Source: Bugula neritina (taxonomy: Eukaryota > Animalia > Bryozoa). From it: 64,000 nt of DNA. The DNA lies in assembly GCA_964035545.1 (NCBI GenBank), contig OZ037765.1:32487504-32551503 (forward strand). Reading direction: 5' to 3'. The notes beneath the pieces were generated by a model that saw only the letters and a program-made list of their open reading frames with translations, was not told the DNA's origin and did no database searches. Shown here in pieces: positions 1 to 15,300 of the stretch (positions are counted from its first letter, which is position 1; each line of letters opens with the position of its first letter). The translations under genes were made by a program, and so were the position numbers.

Positions 1-2230
1 GCCAATGCATTCTTAGCATTGCGAGTGACAACGCGAATTAATTTAGGGAGCTTTTCCGACCCGGCCCCATAATCAAAGTTGAAATGATAGCCTTCATATA
101 GAGGTTTACTTCTAGCTAGCTCAAGAGTACGCGGGGAAGCTGTGGCTTTTCTAGCATTACGAGACACCTAGAACCAGAAACATTAAAATAATAAATAAAA
201 TGTCTGATACATCCAGAAGTAAAGTTTTCAGCGCTACTAGTTCTTTGTTTGCATCTTAAGTTGCCATGACAACGAAGACTGTGGGCAGTTAGCTTTATGC
301 TTCAAAAGGTAAAAATAAGTTTAGCCGTAAAACAAATATGCTTTTGCCCACTATAATCATTGCTGAACGCAGTTTTTTCAGGCCTGAGCGCATACATGGC
401 TCACACAAAATTTACCGAAAATATACCAACACATCTTCAAAAAAAATGCTGAAAACTTATTATAAGATGCTGGTGCTATAGTTGTTGTACGTATGGAAGT
501 GTAAACCCACTGGTGGTTGTCTACCAGCTTTTCTTACCTCCCAGAGAGCCTCTCGGAATAGTTTATCAGACCTTTCCTTTGCTTTAGCCAACTCGTCTAC
601 ACGATCTGAACACCTGGCAGACTTAGCTCCAGGAGCTAGGAGATTGGGTAAGGGACGCTCTGGCTGGTAGTCACTGTGATACTCCTTGTGTCTAGCTAGA
701 GTGTTGGTCTTCGGTCTTTCTTCAGCTGATTGCGCTGCACTGCCTACTGGCCAAATTGGACTCTCTCGTCCACAACTGTACGTGTATTGATCTCTAGAAA
801 TATTATATGCAAATGCGGATGATTTCTAAAGTGTTAAAGCAGCACACGGAGTTTTGTGTGTTGAGGCTTGAAAGATGCTTGGCTCTAACTTGAAATATTG
901 CATCAAAAATGTTGATGTTTGCTCAACTTAGGTTTACATGATTTATAAACTTTAATTTGATGCTTGGGTACAAATTTTACAATCAAACAACTTTTCAAAC
1001 AATACACTCAACCAGAACTAGCCTCTTCACAAAACCTACAGCTGGATAGCTTGGTGTTACCATGACAACTGGTATAAGCTACAGACCATAAGAGTATTTT
1101 TATGAACCACTTAGTAGCTTTGAATAGACTTCAATACACTTCTTGCATAATTGTGATTTTTGTACAGCTCAGTTTTCTGTCGGTCAATTATTTTATACTC
1201 TGAATTACTAAACAGAATTATTGAGCAAATCAGCGCCTGACTTATAATTTGAAATAATTTAGTGCATTATAAGCAGTTATTTAATTTAAATATGGCCATA
1301 TCTAGTTCGTGAATCTAGATCTAGTTAAAGTTGCACTATCAATCAATAATTTTCCAATTTCTTTCAGTTATACATGTATAATAATAACTTATATATGAGA
1401 TATCATGGCTCCAAGCACACATCTGTTAGTGTTGTGCAATAATTCTCATCATTATTGACTTTCTAATTGCTACTTTTGCTCTACCTGGTTTTACTAAATT
1501 TAGATGCCTAGTATCAGAATGTATAACATCTTTATAACTAATAGTATGTTATATGTGCAAATTTTAGCGCAGCTTGATTTATCTTACTAATTTCACCATC
1601 TTAGTCTGAAGCGTGTGTTGGTCCACCCAGCATTGAAAACCACAAATACTTATAAAGTATTACAAGCTAAGCACCCTGCAAATATGCATGCAGTGAAGCA
1701 TATTTATCCCTCCCCCTCCCCCCACCTACAATCAGTTCTATCTATAGACATACTTGTGAGGTCTGTCTCTGAACTGCTGTACAGGTTCCTTAGGAGTGGC
1801 CAGTTGCTCCAGTCTCGGTGTACAGGCAGCTGTTTTTGCTCTGTCAGCTACTAAACTGATTTGTGAATCTCTCCCACAACTGTAGTAATACTGTGACCTG
1901 TAATATACATTGTAATACTGTAGTGATTCTGTGATCTGTAATATACATTGTAATACTGTAGTAGTACTGTGACCTGTAATATATATACATATATACATTG
2001 TGGTACTGTGGTTATACAGTAATACATATAATACAGACAGTGCTATAATATTTACCTGCTGATATTTTCTTGTTTGTCTGTCTTGGCCTTCGCTAAAGTC
2101 TCAATCCTAGCAGAGGCTGTGGCTCTCTTTGCGGCATCTGTGGGCGGAGTCAGCATTTCCTGTGTTCCCCATTTCGCAATAGCCCTGTCAGGAGTCATGA
2201 GTCTCGAGTTACAAAATGCAGGTAAAAACA

Positions 2231-2261
<31 letters not shown>

Positions 2262-5251
2262 TGTTAAATATTACTAGCTCACAACTATTTGTAATCTAAT
2301 TAAATTTCTTTTTAAATAATTAATGTAATCATAACTTACCCTTTACCATTCACCCATTTCGTCTGCCTGTAATGATAAATCTTTGGTCTAGAGAGGTATT
2401 GATATCTGGTTGCTTCAGCACCTTTGAGACTTTCCTCTTCTGCCCTTTGCCCTTCACCATATCCTCTGCCGTCTGCAAGGTTATACAGCAGACGATGATC
2501 TATCTATTGCATCATCAATTGCTAAGGGTCACTCACTTACTAGCACCACACTTGGGAATAACTTACCTTCAAATTAGAGGCTAAACAAACTAAACCCTGA
2601 ACAACATCATCAATCCATTGTAAACAAAATAATATTAGAATTATAAATCTCATGGGTATCTAACAAGATTTTATGAGAGTTCTTTAATTGTTCCTAATCT
2701 ATAACCTCCTGATTATTTAGATACATTATATAAACAGAATTTTCATTAAAGTACTGGCTTCAAACAGATCCAGTTTTCCCATAATTATAATTTCTTAATG
2801 CTACGTGCATACACACACATATACTGTTGAATATCTAATTTTTAATTTGAATAATAATTCTTTATCATATACTAGCTCTGTGCAAATGTTAAAATAGAAC
2901 TGAACATATAAACAAGAAAAACAGAGAGTGAGAGATGCTGAGGTGTATAGAAGCAATATGGATGAATTGCTAGCAACACTGACATAAATAACTTGTCAGT
3001 CTTCAGAAGAAATGCTAAGCAAACTGGCTTACGTAACAATGTTCTCATATAACAGCATCTTATCTACTGCCAGGAAAATTTCCAACTATACTTAATCTTT
3101 TCACCTTGTTTAATTTATAAGTTCAGACTTTGTAAATAAACATATTACATACATAAATTATAATATTGTAAAGCACGTTATGGCATGTCAAAAGATCTAG
3201 TTGAGTAAGGATTTCTACTTATATACTGAATCAAGTACATTTAGGATTATAGATGCTGTAGTGGAGAAATTCTAACAGGATTATGCAGCTGTTAGTTTTT
3301 TTTAATAAGTTTTAGGTTGAAATTCTTTTGAGAACATAACTCCTATTGCTATATTTCTATCTATAGGCACAGGTGTTACTCAATTTCTCCATTGCTGCAC
3401 CTATACCTCACAAAGCCAGGGGGCTAGTATATAAAAAAATGTAAACGCAGAACAAATTCATCCCTTAACCATCATCTATTTTAGTTTCTCCTCAATAAAA
3501 GTTATGCGATGCTGGGGTTACCCGGTATCCCCAGTAGTATAATGAGCAGCACCCGGCATTGCAAGTTGGAAAAATGAGGCTCAACTTTTGGTAGGGGCAG
3601 TTAGCTATTTTGGCCCTGAAGTCTAGACTAAGTAATCTAATTTTAGAACATAACTTAATGCGAGCACTGGATTGATTTTCAAACTTGAATTTGTATGAAT
3701 TTGACCACCAGTAAGCAGCATTCATTTCACTGGCAGCGTTGGCTGAGCAAATAAAAAGTGTTCAAACTGATCAACAGAAGTTAATGGGTGCTGCTGTTGT
3801 TTGAGCCGTAGATAATACCGACTGACTTGACTATACAAATACATTAATGTGAAAGATTTGTAAGCCATCAATTGCCATCTATTTGATTAACAATTGAGAA
3901 TGAATCGGCTGTTTGACTGAGTGCACTTTAATCACCGAAGCAGACGGATTTAATTCTGTTTAGTAAAGACTAATTAGATAATCATTTCAATTAATCTTAG
4001 ATTAAATTTATTGAAGGTGTAGTTTTCTAAATTATAAATGTGTGCACGTGCAAGTAGTCTGAAAGTTATTGCTCATTTAAACTAGATTGATTGACATGCA
4101 GTGCCTTGGTATTTACAATTTATACACACAAACTACAGCACAAATTCTAGCCACACCTAAAAGCCAAGAGACTGTTTGATGAATTTTTTTATATTTCTTT
4201 CAATTTATCCATTTTCTTTTGCCTGGTTTAACAAGACACCTTTGTTAAATAGGCAAAGATTTCAAAAGCTCTTTTGCTGCTGTACAAAATAACGCTTTGA
4301 AATAGGTATATTGGTTTTTCAAAATAATTATTATTTAAAAGTTTTATTTTTACATTTTCATCATTTTATATGCTGTTTGTCTACCTAGTCATCTAAATGT
4401 TATGCTACTTGAATGAGTCAATAATTTGGATAATGTCAAAATTTCGTTTTACGGAATTCAAGAGAATAGAATTGTTTTTGTTAATACTTACCTATATTAT
4501 ATATTGTTTTTTGAATTTATATCAACATAGTCAGATCATATTGAAGTGCTCATGTACTTATAAACTGCAGCTATTTACTTGCTATAGAATTGTTTGAGTG
4601 CCTATAAGTTAGCTGTTGCCATCTCAAAAATCAGCTCAGATATCTTACTGTCTAGTCGTTTGAGAAAAAGAATATTTTCAGTTCTCTCTGTAGAAGCTAA
4701 TGTCAAGCAACTATTTTAAACATTTATGATGAGAAAAATGCACACTGCACTCCAACTAGTTTATAGCAGTGCGTAGTTATGCCAGTACTAGTGCAGTTTT
4801 TAACAGAAACAAATTTACATTTTTTCCACACCTTTCACACAACCTGCTTCTCCCACTATTGTTTATCAGATAGCTTTAGTTCTAAACAAACAATTTTTAA
4901 ACGTGAAAATTTTATCAGTTTGCAAAAAATGTCACCAGACTGTTCTTAAAAGTATAGAGTCGTGACTCTAAAACTACTTGAAACATTAAGGGTGACTCAA
5001 CGTGATTTTATAAGTACAAACTGCATAAGTCTATGTTTTGTGTTGAAACAGAAGTAGCATGTCATTCATATACCACTAGCTCTAGCTTGCAAAGTTGCCA
5101 CTTCATGTAAAATATAGCAACAATAGAAAATGTGGCAAAAATCCATAAAATTTAGTAAGCAAGCTTTAAAAAAATTCCATCAAACTTATAGATAAAACCT
5201 TCACTTGTTTAACTGCGCCATATAACAGAAATACATACCTTGTAGAGCCAT
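1..5251 (-). CDS. THEG-repeat protein (testicular haploid expressed / SPMAP2-like sperm microtubule-associated protein), 3' end outside window
   Basis: Phase-consistent GT-AG exons 5251-5239, 2472-2340, 2184-2056, 1897-1754, 793-538, 167-<1. They give MALQDGRGYGEG... with repeated THEG-type units: ASARIETLAKAK, YSCGRDSQI..AACTPRLEQLATPK, YSCGRESPIWPV, CSDRVDELAKAK, WEVSRNARKATASPRTLELARSK. Confidence 0.8.
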
Positions 5252-6448
5252 GTTGACTGTTTGCAGCTACTGTATGTGTCAGCAGACAGCCATGAGAGTC
5301 AAGTGACAGAATGTACTGCGGGCAGTGCCAGCTGTTGCTATGACTGTGTTAAGTGTTGGTGAACCAGAAAGCAGTGTATGCACTGCATTGAAGGCTGCAA
5401 TGTGATAGCAACAATTGTATTGAGCTTATCGATTAGTCAACTTAGCTATTGTTGTTATGTATTCATGCGGAGTATAACGACATGGAGTGTAAAACACTGA
5501 CTTCATTATGATATGTTTGAACTATATATAAAACATTAGACAATGCAAACAGATAATACCTAAATTATAATAGAGTACAACTATGTGCAAATAATATATA
5601 TTTATCATATATATGCTTTCTGTTTTATTGTAAACCGATATAAAGGAGGCAAGTTAACACTTGATGTGTCAAATTGCCTTAAGTGCTAATTTCAAACCCT
5701 TATAACATAGGAAAATATCCCATATAGGCCTATTGCGCATTCATGATAATATATATTCGCTTATTATATAGCGTTCTATAAATGTGGCTAAATAAACTAC
5801 AATTTCACCCTCCTTCATATGTAGTTTAAAGAGTAAAGGAAAGACAAAGTTTGTACAATTCTACTGGCTTAGATCAATCATGAACCTTTGAAGACTGTGA
5901 CAGCAATTAATGGTTTGAAACTTTTGGGCATTATGTATGCTAAGTTGTAAAGTTAATCTTGAATGTTGAAAGTTGCTGATAATTTGTATTTTTTTTGCGT
6001 AATTAGAAAACTTGAAGCTAACTTTTTTCTAACAAACATGTTTCACATGCCACATCCTTTCATCAAAATCAAGTTAATTTCTGCCTTACCAACATATTGT
6101 TGCTATCTTCTCACTAAATGAAGTATTATACATTATAAGATATTTGATTGCAGTGAAAATAATATAAAATTATTGATTAAAGAAGTCTTAGGAAATACTT
6201 CATACCACCAAAGAGACATGCATTGACCTCAAAAGAACAAAACAGTAGTTAAAGGTGAATGTGTATTATTTCACATTGATACAAAGTTATATCTTCAAAA
6301 ACATTTTAAAAAATGGTTGAAATATACAAAATAACATCAAAACACTTTAAGTTTACTGTAGACTAGTATAAGAAAATACAATATTCAATAATTTCTCATC
6401 CAAATCTAAGAGATTAAAATACACTAATTAAAACGATTCAGCAACTCA

Positions 6449-9400
6449 TCATTGAGTGCCATCGGGTGGGGGAGGAGTGTTATAGTCAGCTTGTTGAACG
6501 TGTCTTGTATCAACAAATGTGGGAGGTTTAGGGGGCGTCTCACAGTAATACTGACTATCTTGCTGGGTCCACGAGCTACCATAAGAGGACCAGTCATAGT
6601 TATAGTAGGGAGCAGACCACCTCGGCATAGCCTGAGGTCTCCACGCACTACCACTAGCAGAGTACGGGTGCCAGTAGTGACCCCCCATGTTGGGTGGTGG
6701 TGCAGGGTAGCAAGGTGGTCCGGAGAACGTATTGTGAGGTGCCATCGGACGAGCCCCAGGGTGATGACTCATTGCAGCAGGACGGGGCGTTCTGTGAGCT
6801 CCCCTACAATAGTTGATAGAAAGTGGATAAATTACTGGGTGCAGTAAAAACAAACCAAAAGGATAATTCACAGATATTGGATCTTGGCAAGTCAATCTTG
6901 CAACTATGAAGACATGAGGTCATGATGAGGGAAAATGGTGAAGGCACATTATGAGGAAACATGAAGAGGAAACTAACACAAAATTTGAGTAAAATATTTC
7001 TATACATGTGAACTTCCTGGGACTAATGTTTACTATACAACACACGAGATGAACTGAAGAGTAGCTATATAGTCTAGTGGCTTACACTAGATCTATGTTG
7101 CTTGCAACTACAACTCATAAAATTCAGAACGCTAAATGCTTGCAGTTGTTTCGCCTTAGGCAGAGTTACCGCAACCAAATTTACAGAAAAGCACTCTTCA
7201 GAAAATAGGGAGGAGAAAACTCTAAGCCAATTAGTAGGAGAGCTCAGTGAGCAGTTAGTGAATGCTTAGAAGTCAGAGATTCCTACCGATGTGAGGGGCG
7301 GTGGAAAGGGACGTCTGAATGACGCGATTTCTTGAAGTTGTCTCCTTCTTCTGTATTTTCCACGTTTGGTTTTCTATTTTTAGACCGCAGTTTAGCTTTA
7401 GCGTTGCGCTCTTGTTCATCATCAGAGTAGTCGATATGCTGCAGTATTACCACAAAATACAGAAGAGTGTGACATTATGCATTGTCACATATTCCATGTC
7501 ACATATTCAAAATGTCACAATTCATATAATATGGAGAATATATTACCTTGACAATATACTCAAATGATAGAATAGATCAGAATTTAGTGGTAATACACTG
7601 TAAGCTAATGCAGCAGATACTATACAACAGTATAATACAGTATAATAATGTAATAACACAGTATAATGGTGCAATAATACAGTATAATAATGTAATAATA
7701 CAGTGTAATAATGTAATAATACAGTGTAATAATACAGTGTAATAATACAGTATAATAATGTAATAATACAGTGTAATAATGTAATAATACAGTATAATAA
7801 TGTAATAATACAGTATAATAATGTAATAATACAGTGTAATAATGTAATAATACAGTATAATAATGTAATAATACAGTGTAATAATGTTATAATACAGTGT
7901 AATAATGTTATAATACAGTGTAATAATGTAATAATACAGGGTGATAATGTAACAATACAGTATAATAATGTGATAATACAGTGTAATAAGGTAATAATAC
8001 CTGTTCAGGAGGCTCGTGATTTTCCTTCCAGGATGCATCAGATCCTTTCCTAAACAGACAGCAGGTAAACAGTAAATACTCAAATACTTGTGACAATTTT
8101 GTGAAAAATACAGCAGGTAAGGTCGGTCATCATAAAAACAAAAATGTGATAAAATTTCTTGGATAGAAATAAACAAGTGTCCAACACGTCTACAGGGAGT
8201 TTGGGTCAAGAAATAGGCTTGTTTGTATGATTGCTAACTACTTAGTAAACTAAGTACTTTGGTTTTTAAAAAAACATTTCGCTTTGTACAGAAATGTACT
8301 AATGTGTCCTTCACACCACAATGTTTAACATACAGTAGAATAGAGGTCCAGGCAAACATAAGTTGAGAATAATGAGAAATTGATAGTGAAATAGAAAGCT
8401 AAATAACTAAATATGAAACTGGCAAGTTGACAATACACTACAACAACCTAGTTAGTATTTGTGCAGTATTTCAAACAAACTGATAGCGAATAATAACTTT
8501 CAACAATGAATCATAATAATCAATAATATACTTATAATAAAATTGATTGAGAAGTCAACTAGAGCTACAACTGGGGTCAAGAGAGAGAGATTAGTGACCA
8601 CAGTGACCACAGAAACTGAATCTAAATAGTTTGTGAAGCTGAAACAGAATAGCTTTGTGTGAGCTGGTTTTACCACCATTCACATATCTGTATATGGAGA
8701 AGAACTAGCAAACCTCACTGGTTAGCTGGAAAGGCTTTCCCAGCACATATTAAACTACACAGATAGGACAACTCACACAGTCCTCAGTCGATCCACAAAC
8801 ACATAAGTGGTGAGAGATCTCTCCTCTTTTGGTGCATAAAATATCGTCTGTGTGACCTTGACATCAGAGACATTGATGTCTTCTACACTGTTGTACCGTA
8901 TGCTATAGAATGGGGAAATCACTGGACCGAATGTCTCAAAGACCTGTGCAACAGAAACTATAATAATAGCTACAACTTAAAATCAAATGGATTTTCTCAC
9001 AAAACACAGATTAAAAACTAGATATAACATCAGCGCAAGTCAATATTATAGCTAGAGATGGCACTAGAAAGGCTTAAAACTCAGGATAAAAAGGAGGCAA
9101 GTAAAGCCAATAATTAAAATTTGTATAAACTTCAACATTTGAGTTGAAAAACAGTTTATTATGTGAGTCCAGTATCGAAAATCAATCCAAACTGAATGAC
9201 CTTAGATATGTGCAGCTTCCACCATATTAAATTCATATTTACAGTTGATATCCAGAATTTACTGCACAATAGATAGCTTGAGTAACTAAATGAGAGCTAA
9301 GAAAACAATTTTGGGCTAAAATAAATTGTTTACATTTATTGCAATTACAAAGAAGCATTGAAGGGAACATACCTTGCCCACACACTTCCTCTCCACACTA

Positions 9401-10805
9401 AAGAGTGCTGTGTCTTCATCTAAAGCTGGCGTGCCAGGATTAGCTTTGATAATAACTGAATTAGAAAAGAAGCAAAATTTAATTTATGGTTGGATATAAT
9501 ATTACTTATACGTAAATTATGAATTGACACTCATAAAACAGAAAATGGAAATAAAAAACACTGTGTTTCATAACATACTAAAATTACATAAGCAAATTAT
9601 TTTGAATAAAAGTTCTAAAAGGCATATTATTTATATTTGAAAAATTGATATGAATACAACTATTTTATATCTGAGTAAAAATTTGTAATCAGTACCTAGA
9701 CAGTCAATGATGCTCATCACTACTCCCAATTCCACTAATTCCACATTCTCATCTATGGCTATCTTTAAATCTTCAATAGGTGGCAGATCATAGAGAGTAA
9801 TCTCCCCTGGCACTGTAGGGCCAACCTTAGTCTTGATAGGTTCGTCGCTGTAAATGTATAATAGGAAAGCAAAGATAACACAGTTCCAGTGAGCTTGGGA
9901 TAAGAAATACTTCAAATTTTATTTGAGACTAGTTTAAAATTAAAGGCAAAGATATTTTCACAGATCAGTCAAACATAATCTCAACATAACTGTGAAAATA
10001 CTGTCAGTACAGCTAATTTTTTAAACACTTACAGTACGTCTGTGACCTCAACCTTTATGTTTAACTCAACCACTGGGCTCTCATCTTCACTGGTTGATGA
10101 AGACTCTACATCTGAGACATCATCTTGCTCTTGCTGCTGCATTTCACTAAACGACTGCAAGTCACTAGTTGCTAGTGATGAAGGCGCAACCTTCTCATTT
10201 ACAGATGAGTCTATTGTTTTAGATGGAGGTTTGTCAGAACTACCACAGTCAGATTGCATCGGTTCTTGCATACTGGTACAACTTATATTTGAAGCATCTC
10301 CAGCTACTACATTTAGAGTGCTTGTATTGCTGACGTGGCTGTTAGTTGCACTAACGCTATCAGACAAAGGTTTTTCATCAGTAACAGTAGACTGATAGAC
10401 TTGATCTGTCTTTTGCATATCAACGGTAAAACTGGTTACTGAAGGCTGTTCTGGTGATGCAGACTGCTCCATGTGTGAAGCCGAAACATCAGCTGGTTTT
10501 GAAGGTTGAGAAGTGTCATTGGTAACCTCTGGTGCTGAGAGCATGCTTATTGAAGTGCTTGCGTTATCAGATGCTAGTGAATGTTTGAAACAGTCTTTAT
10601 CGTCTTTGGGTGATTCTTGACAATTATCACTTTGTGTGGTTTTTGTAACAGAAGACATATTCAGTGTGCAAGAAGCAGATTCCTGTGTTTCACCAGCTAC
10701 TGAAGTTAACAACTCACCGACTACATGTGTAACCTCCGCATGACAATCCTGCTCAGTTACTAAGGGGTCGGGTGAATTTGTTGAAGAATTGCTTTTTAAA
10801 GACAT
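6449..10805 (-). CDS. NAF1: H/ACA RNP assembly factor NAF1
   Basis: Exons 10805-10033, 9847-9696, 9455-9373, 8943-8777, 8049-8001, 7438-7287, 6803-6449. Acidic/Ser-rich N-terminus, Gar1/Naf1 domain (DLPPIEDL..., GKVFETFGPVISPFYSIR), KGSDASWKENHEPP and DYSDDEQE motifs, Pro/Tyr-rich tail. Confidence 0.92.
7625..8000. repeat. 18-bp minisatellite (TAATACAGTRTAATAATG)n in a NAF1 intron
   Basis: Direct tandem repeat starting at the intron donor (8000); source of the spurious 7577..8209 ORF. Confidence 0.9.
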
Positions 10806-10832
10806 TATTATAACTTGAAAACCACAGATCAC

Positions 10833-12314
10833 CTAAAAGTTAAGAATAAGTACAGATAAAATAATACTAACAGAGACACCAACAAGCTCTGAATTTTTAT
10901 TTTTGACACTTGAAAAAATTAAGAACTGATAACAATCACAATGTCAATTGGATTTCGAGCTGTAAATTTAGCTTTGAGATGTGGCAAATCATAAATTCAA
11001 ATAGTAATAATTATAATAAGTTGTCTAAAATTTTAGCTTTATTTCTACTTTTACTTTTAGCCTTTAAGTTTAAGTTTAGCCAAGTCTAACTTTGAAAAAG
11101 AATCATAATGTAAACATTATGATTATTATTATGATTATCACTATGATAATCATTATGATTATCATTGTGATGATGAGTTCATCATTATCCAATTGAATTC
11201 CATATCATTGCCGTTATCATTGTGATTATTAATATTAACTTTAATTTATATGTAAACCAATATCAATTATTATAATATAAATATCAATAATCAATACGAA
11301 TATGAATTAGAATAACAAATATTCATTCATTCATTATTCATTTATTGTCAACTGACAGCGACTGAGTGATACTGATACCAAAACTAATACTTATAGTTAT
11401 ACTAATACTAATAGTAATACTAATAGTAATACTAATACTAATAGTAATACTAATAGTATTACTATTACTATTAGTATTAGTTTTGGTATTAGTACTATTA
11501 ATCATAATGCTAATACTAAGCTTAAGCTAATAGCAATACCTCTGTTACTATTAGTATTTAACTTACTTTTACACCTCTAACTGTTAGTTATTAGTATTAT
11601 AAGCGTTTGTACTAATAAAAATATTACTCAAGTCGTAATGATAATGAATATGATTATCATAATATTGCAAAAGGGCATGCTGTTTTGCAAATAAAAATAA
11701 TTGAACCTCTTTAAATAGTTAAGGTTCCATCGCTATTAGCTAATTATGAGCATTGAAATCGTTATTTATCGGATTTAGATCATTGCTAACAGTAACGTTT
11801 CCATCGTTCGAAGGCTAAACTCTCACTCCATGACCTTAGTAGAATGAATAAATTTATAAGCAGCTCCGAGTTGGTAGTGAATGAGTGCAATAGTTTGGGA
11901 TTCTAGAGTGTAAAGTTGGGGGTCTCAATAGCTGCCAACTTTAAAATCAAGAACTTTAGACTATAACACCCATTCACTATTCACTTGGAGCTGCTTATAA
12001 AAACTACTCTTTGAGACTGTTCTCTGATTTGTCAACGAGGTGCAATTTTAACCGCTAGGGTTATCTTCTTTATATTTTTTTGCAAATTTTCGGCGGTAAA
12101 CGATAACAATAAGACCTTTCTACTTTTCAGCGAACCCATGCTTTTAATTCGGGTTTTTAATTTACCGTTAAAAACAAAAACAAAGTTTCTCAGTTCAACT
12201 CCAAGTCCATGTGATGGTGTTTGCTATTTACTTTGACTCTAGTGTTATATTTAGTCGTAGATATTAATTATTTAATGAATTGGCAACGTCGTATTTGGCA
12301 AAATTTTGTTTATA
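10833..12314. promoter_or_regulatory. Probable bidirectional promoter region of NAF1 and PKMYT1
   Basis: Divergent start codons at 10805 (-) and 12315 (+), about 1.5 kb apart; TSS positions not determinable from sequence. Confidence 0.55.
11854..12000. mobile_element. ~147-bp imperfect palindrome / MITE-like element
   Basis: TTATAAGCAGCTCC..TAGTGAATG at 11854 is inverted as CATTCACTA..GGAGCTGCTTATAA ending at 12000; inner AAAGTTGG/CCAACTTT also pair. Confidence 0.6.
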
Positions 12315-15300
12315 ATGAACACTTTGAACGTAATGTCTGCTATTCCCCATGTAAATATTGCACTTCAAAGTCCTAAACGTCGTCCAGCTCCTAAATTTTT
12401 TATTGACTCTCAAACATTCTCAACAAAAAAGGTATGCACACTCATTATACTATATTTAATTTATTATTTTGCGTTAAATGTGATGCGTTTTTTCTTAGTC
12501 TTACTAGTACTATACTAGTAATAGTATAGGTAATACTAATAGTATTACTATTTGAGTATTACATTTTGATTTACTTTTAGTTTAAGTTTTACTCTATTTC
12601 TATTACTATTGCTATTAGTATTACTATTACATTTACTATTAGTATTAGACCAAATTTTAATTAGTTAAATGTTAATACTAATAGTAATAGTTATCAACTT
12701 GGTTAAACTTATCAACTTTAAGCTAAATTTAATTGTGAAGTATAACTATAACGCATAAGCAATTAATGCTATAAATATCGCATTTATTTTTACAATTATG
12801 AATTACTGAAACTATAAGTATAACTTAAGTTAAAGAATATAGCTATTACTATAAGTATAACTATTACTATTAGTATTAGTATTACTAATACTAATAGTAG
12901 GCTAATACCATTATTACTATTAGGGCCTACTACTAGATTTAATTCAAATCGTATCATTCAATTTCATACATTCACATTGTTATTTTTAACGCTATTGTAA
13001 ATTTATCAGTTCTCACTTTGGAAACATGATCATGATGATAAAAATGAAAACTGAAGTCGGTTTTATTTTCGTTTATATTTATAAATACCTATCATACTGA
13101 TATCTATTCAATGCCTCTTGTGAGATACTAAAAGTAATACTAAAAGAGGATCAGTATCAGTATGACTATGAATATGGGTAGGATTATCATTATCAATATG
13201 TTGATGGTTTTTTTTCTATTTCAATGGTGGCTGCCTTCTTTAGTTTTTTGCTGTAAATACTCTAACTTTTAGTCTTATTGGGTTATTTCTTTTTTCTTAT
13301 TTTTTTACTTCAGGTTTAATATTAGTTTAGCTTTAAGCTTTACTGATTTATTTCATTAAAAACTTTCAATAGGTAAGTTTAAAATTGGACTTAGAGTCTA
13401 ATACTTTTAGTATCATACAATAACAACATGTATAAGTTTATTTTATATATTCAGAAATTGTTTCATCGGGTAAATTTTTGGCTTAGCTAATCTTAAGTTA
13501 TGGCAATACCACTAAAATCTAAGTGATTACGTCAACTGCTAAGTCACATGCTGCTAATTTATCAATATGATTATGAATTAACAATGATGATAACCATTTC
13601 CATGTTTCGGCATATTCACGTCATTAGAACAAGTGGCAAACACACCTCCCCACAATCGAATAGTTATATGACCAACCATGTATCTGTGGTTAAGTTAGCA
13701 TCTGAAGTTTACTGGAAACAAATGGATAATTCAAAAAGAAAACTTATATATTTAAAAACACTACAGCATGCATAAATGTAGAAAGTTTCTAAACATTACT
13801 ATTATATAGTTTCAGCTTGTTTAATGATTACCAAGCTTCTGGTTATACTAGTTTAATTACTTAGGTTACTAGTAGTCATAGTGATTGCACTGATATTATG
13901 TACTCTGGCTATGTACCAGTATCGAGAATCACTACCATAGAATAAAAACTCTGATTTTTGTGTAGAGTGAACAGAGATTTGAGTTCATATGATTCACTCA
14001 TCTCTAAGGCTTTCTAATGATATATAAAAGTTACATTGCAAGGGATCCTTAAGTTTTACTGGTGAATGCTTTTAAAATTTGCGGTCAAGTTGGAAGTTTA
14101 GATTCAGTTAAAGCCATTGCCTTGATTTGTGAAGTTGTTTTTAAAGTTTCAGACATTTTCATTTGTAACTAAATTCTAACCACTTTGTTGAGTTTCTTAA
14201 CATATTGCTGTGTATTAAATATATTTTTTATTTCATGTCACCTACATAGCCTTACACTAGTGTCTATTTAATTGGTTTAACTCCTCCATCACTCGACTTA
14301 GTGCAACTTTTTTTTTATATCCTAGTGCTAAAAATAAACGGCAAGTAATAAGGAGTGTTTAATTGATTATGAATTGATTGATACCTTTTATTTCTTTTGG
14401 CTTCACATAGAAATAATGATCTGGTATTGAAATTGGTTGTTGAAAGAAATTACCAGTTGGTTTATTCAGAATGATGTTAGTAAGTTGAGGGCATACAAGG
14501 TGTAGCAACTACTATATATTGTTCAGTTCAACTTGTAAAGCCATTAAATCTCTTTTTTACTTATCAGTTTCAAATTTTTTTTCTTACATGTTATATATAT
14601 GGAGATATTATGCTTAGATAATTTTGGTAATTCACGTTTACTATGCCATATGTGCAGTATATGAATTACGTAATATCTCTATTTACCGTTCATGGGTTGT
14701 TTATCTGGGATTTGGTCTGCCTAATCAGTCACTTTAAAATATAATTCTAGTTTTGAGTTATGTAATTCATTTTAATTCATTGATAAGCTTTTATTGTATG
14801 GAGAGACAACTATGGGATGTATTTCTCTGTTACACACCACTACTACACTACACTTGCACTGCCATAATGTTGGATGTATTTCTCTGCTACAGGAAAGAGA
14901 AGGAACTCCAAGAGCCAATCAGTACCCTCGTCCTCCCATCAAGAGTTGTCCTCCCATCAGTAGAGTATTTCAGCATTGTCCCTCCACATCAAGTAGACCG
15001 AGAATAGTGTCCTTCAGAGATTCCTCCTCCAACTGTATCCTTTACTACATTATAAGGGGCTGCCAGCTCTGTGAAAGACATACAAATTGTTTTTTCCAAA
15101 TACAGACAGTTTTATGCGCTTTGAAACTAAATGTTATGGATATGTCTCAATGTGATTGAACACTAGTGAGCCACAGGCATAGGTCTGCTTTTTCATATTA
15201 GTCTGAGTGGTTTTTTGTAGCCCAAACAAGTAGGCTACATGCTAATATTCTGTGGACACTAGTTCTACATGTTTAGTGTTTCCTGTAGTAAAACTGTGGA

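Noticed and set aside
7577-8209. 210-aa YYIITL ORF
   Set aside because: 18-bp minisatellite inside a NAF1 intron.
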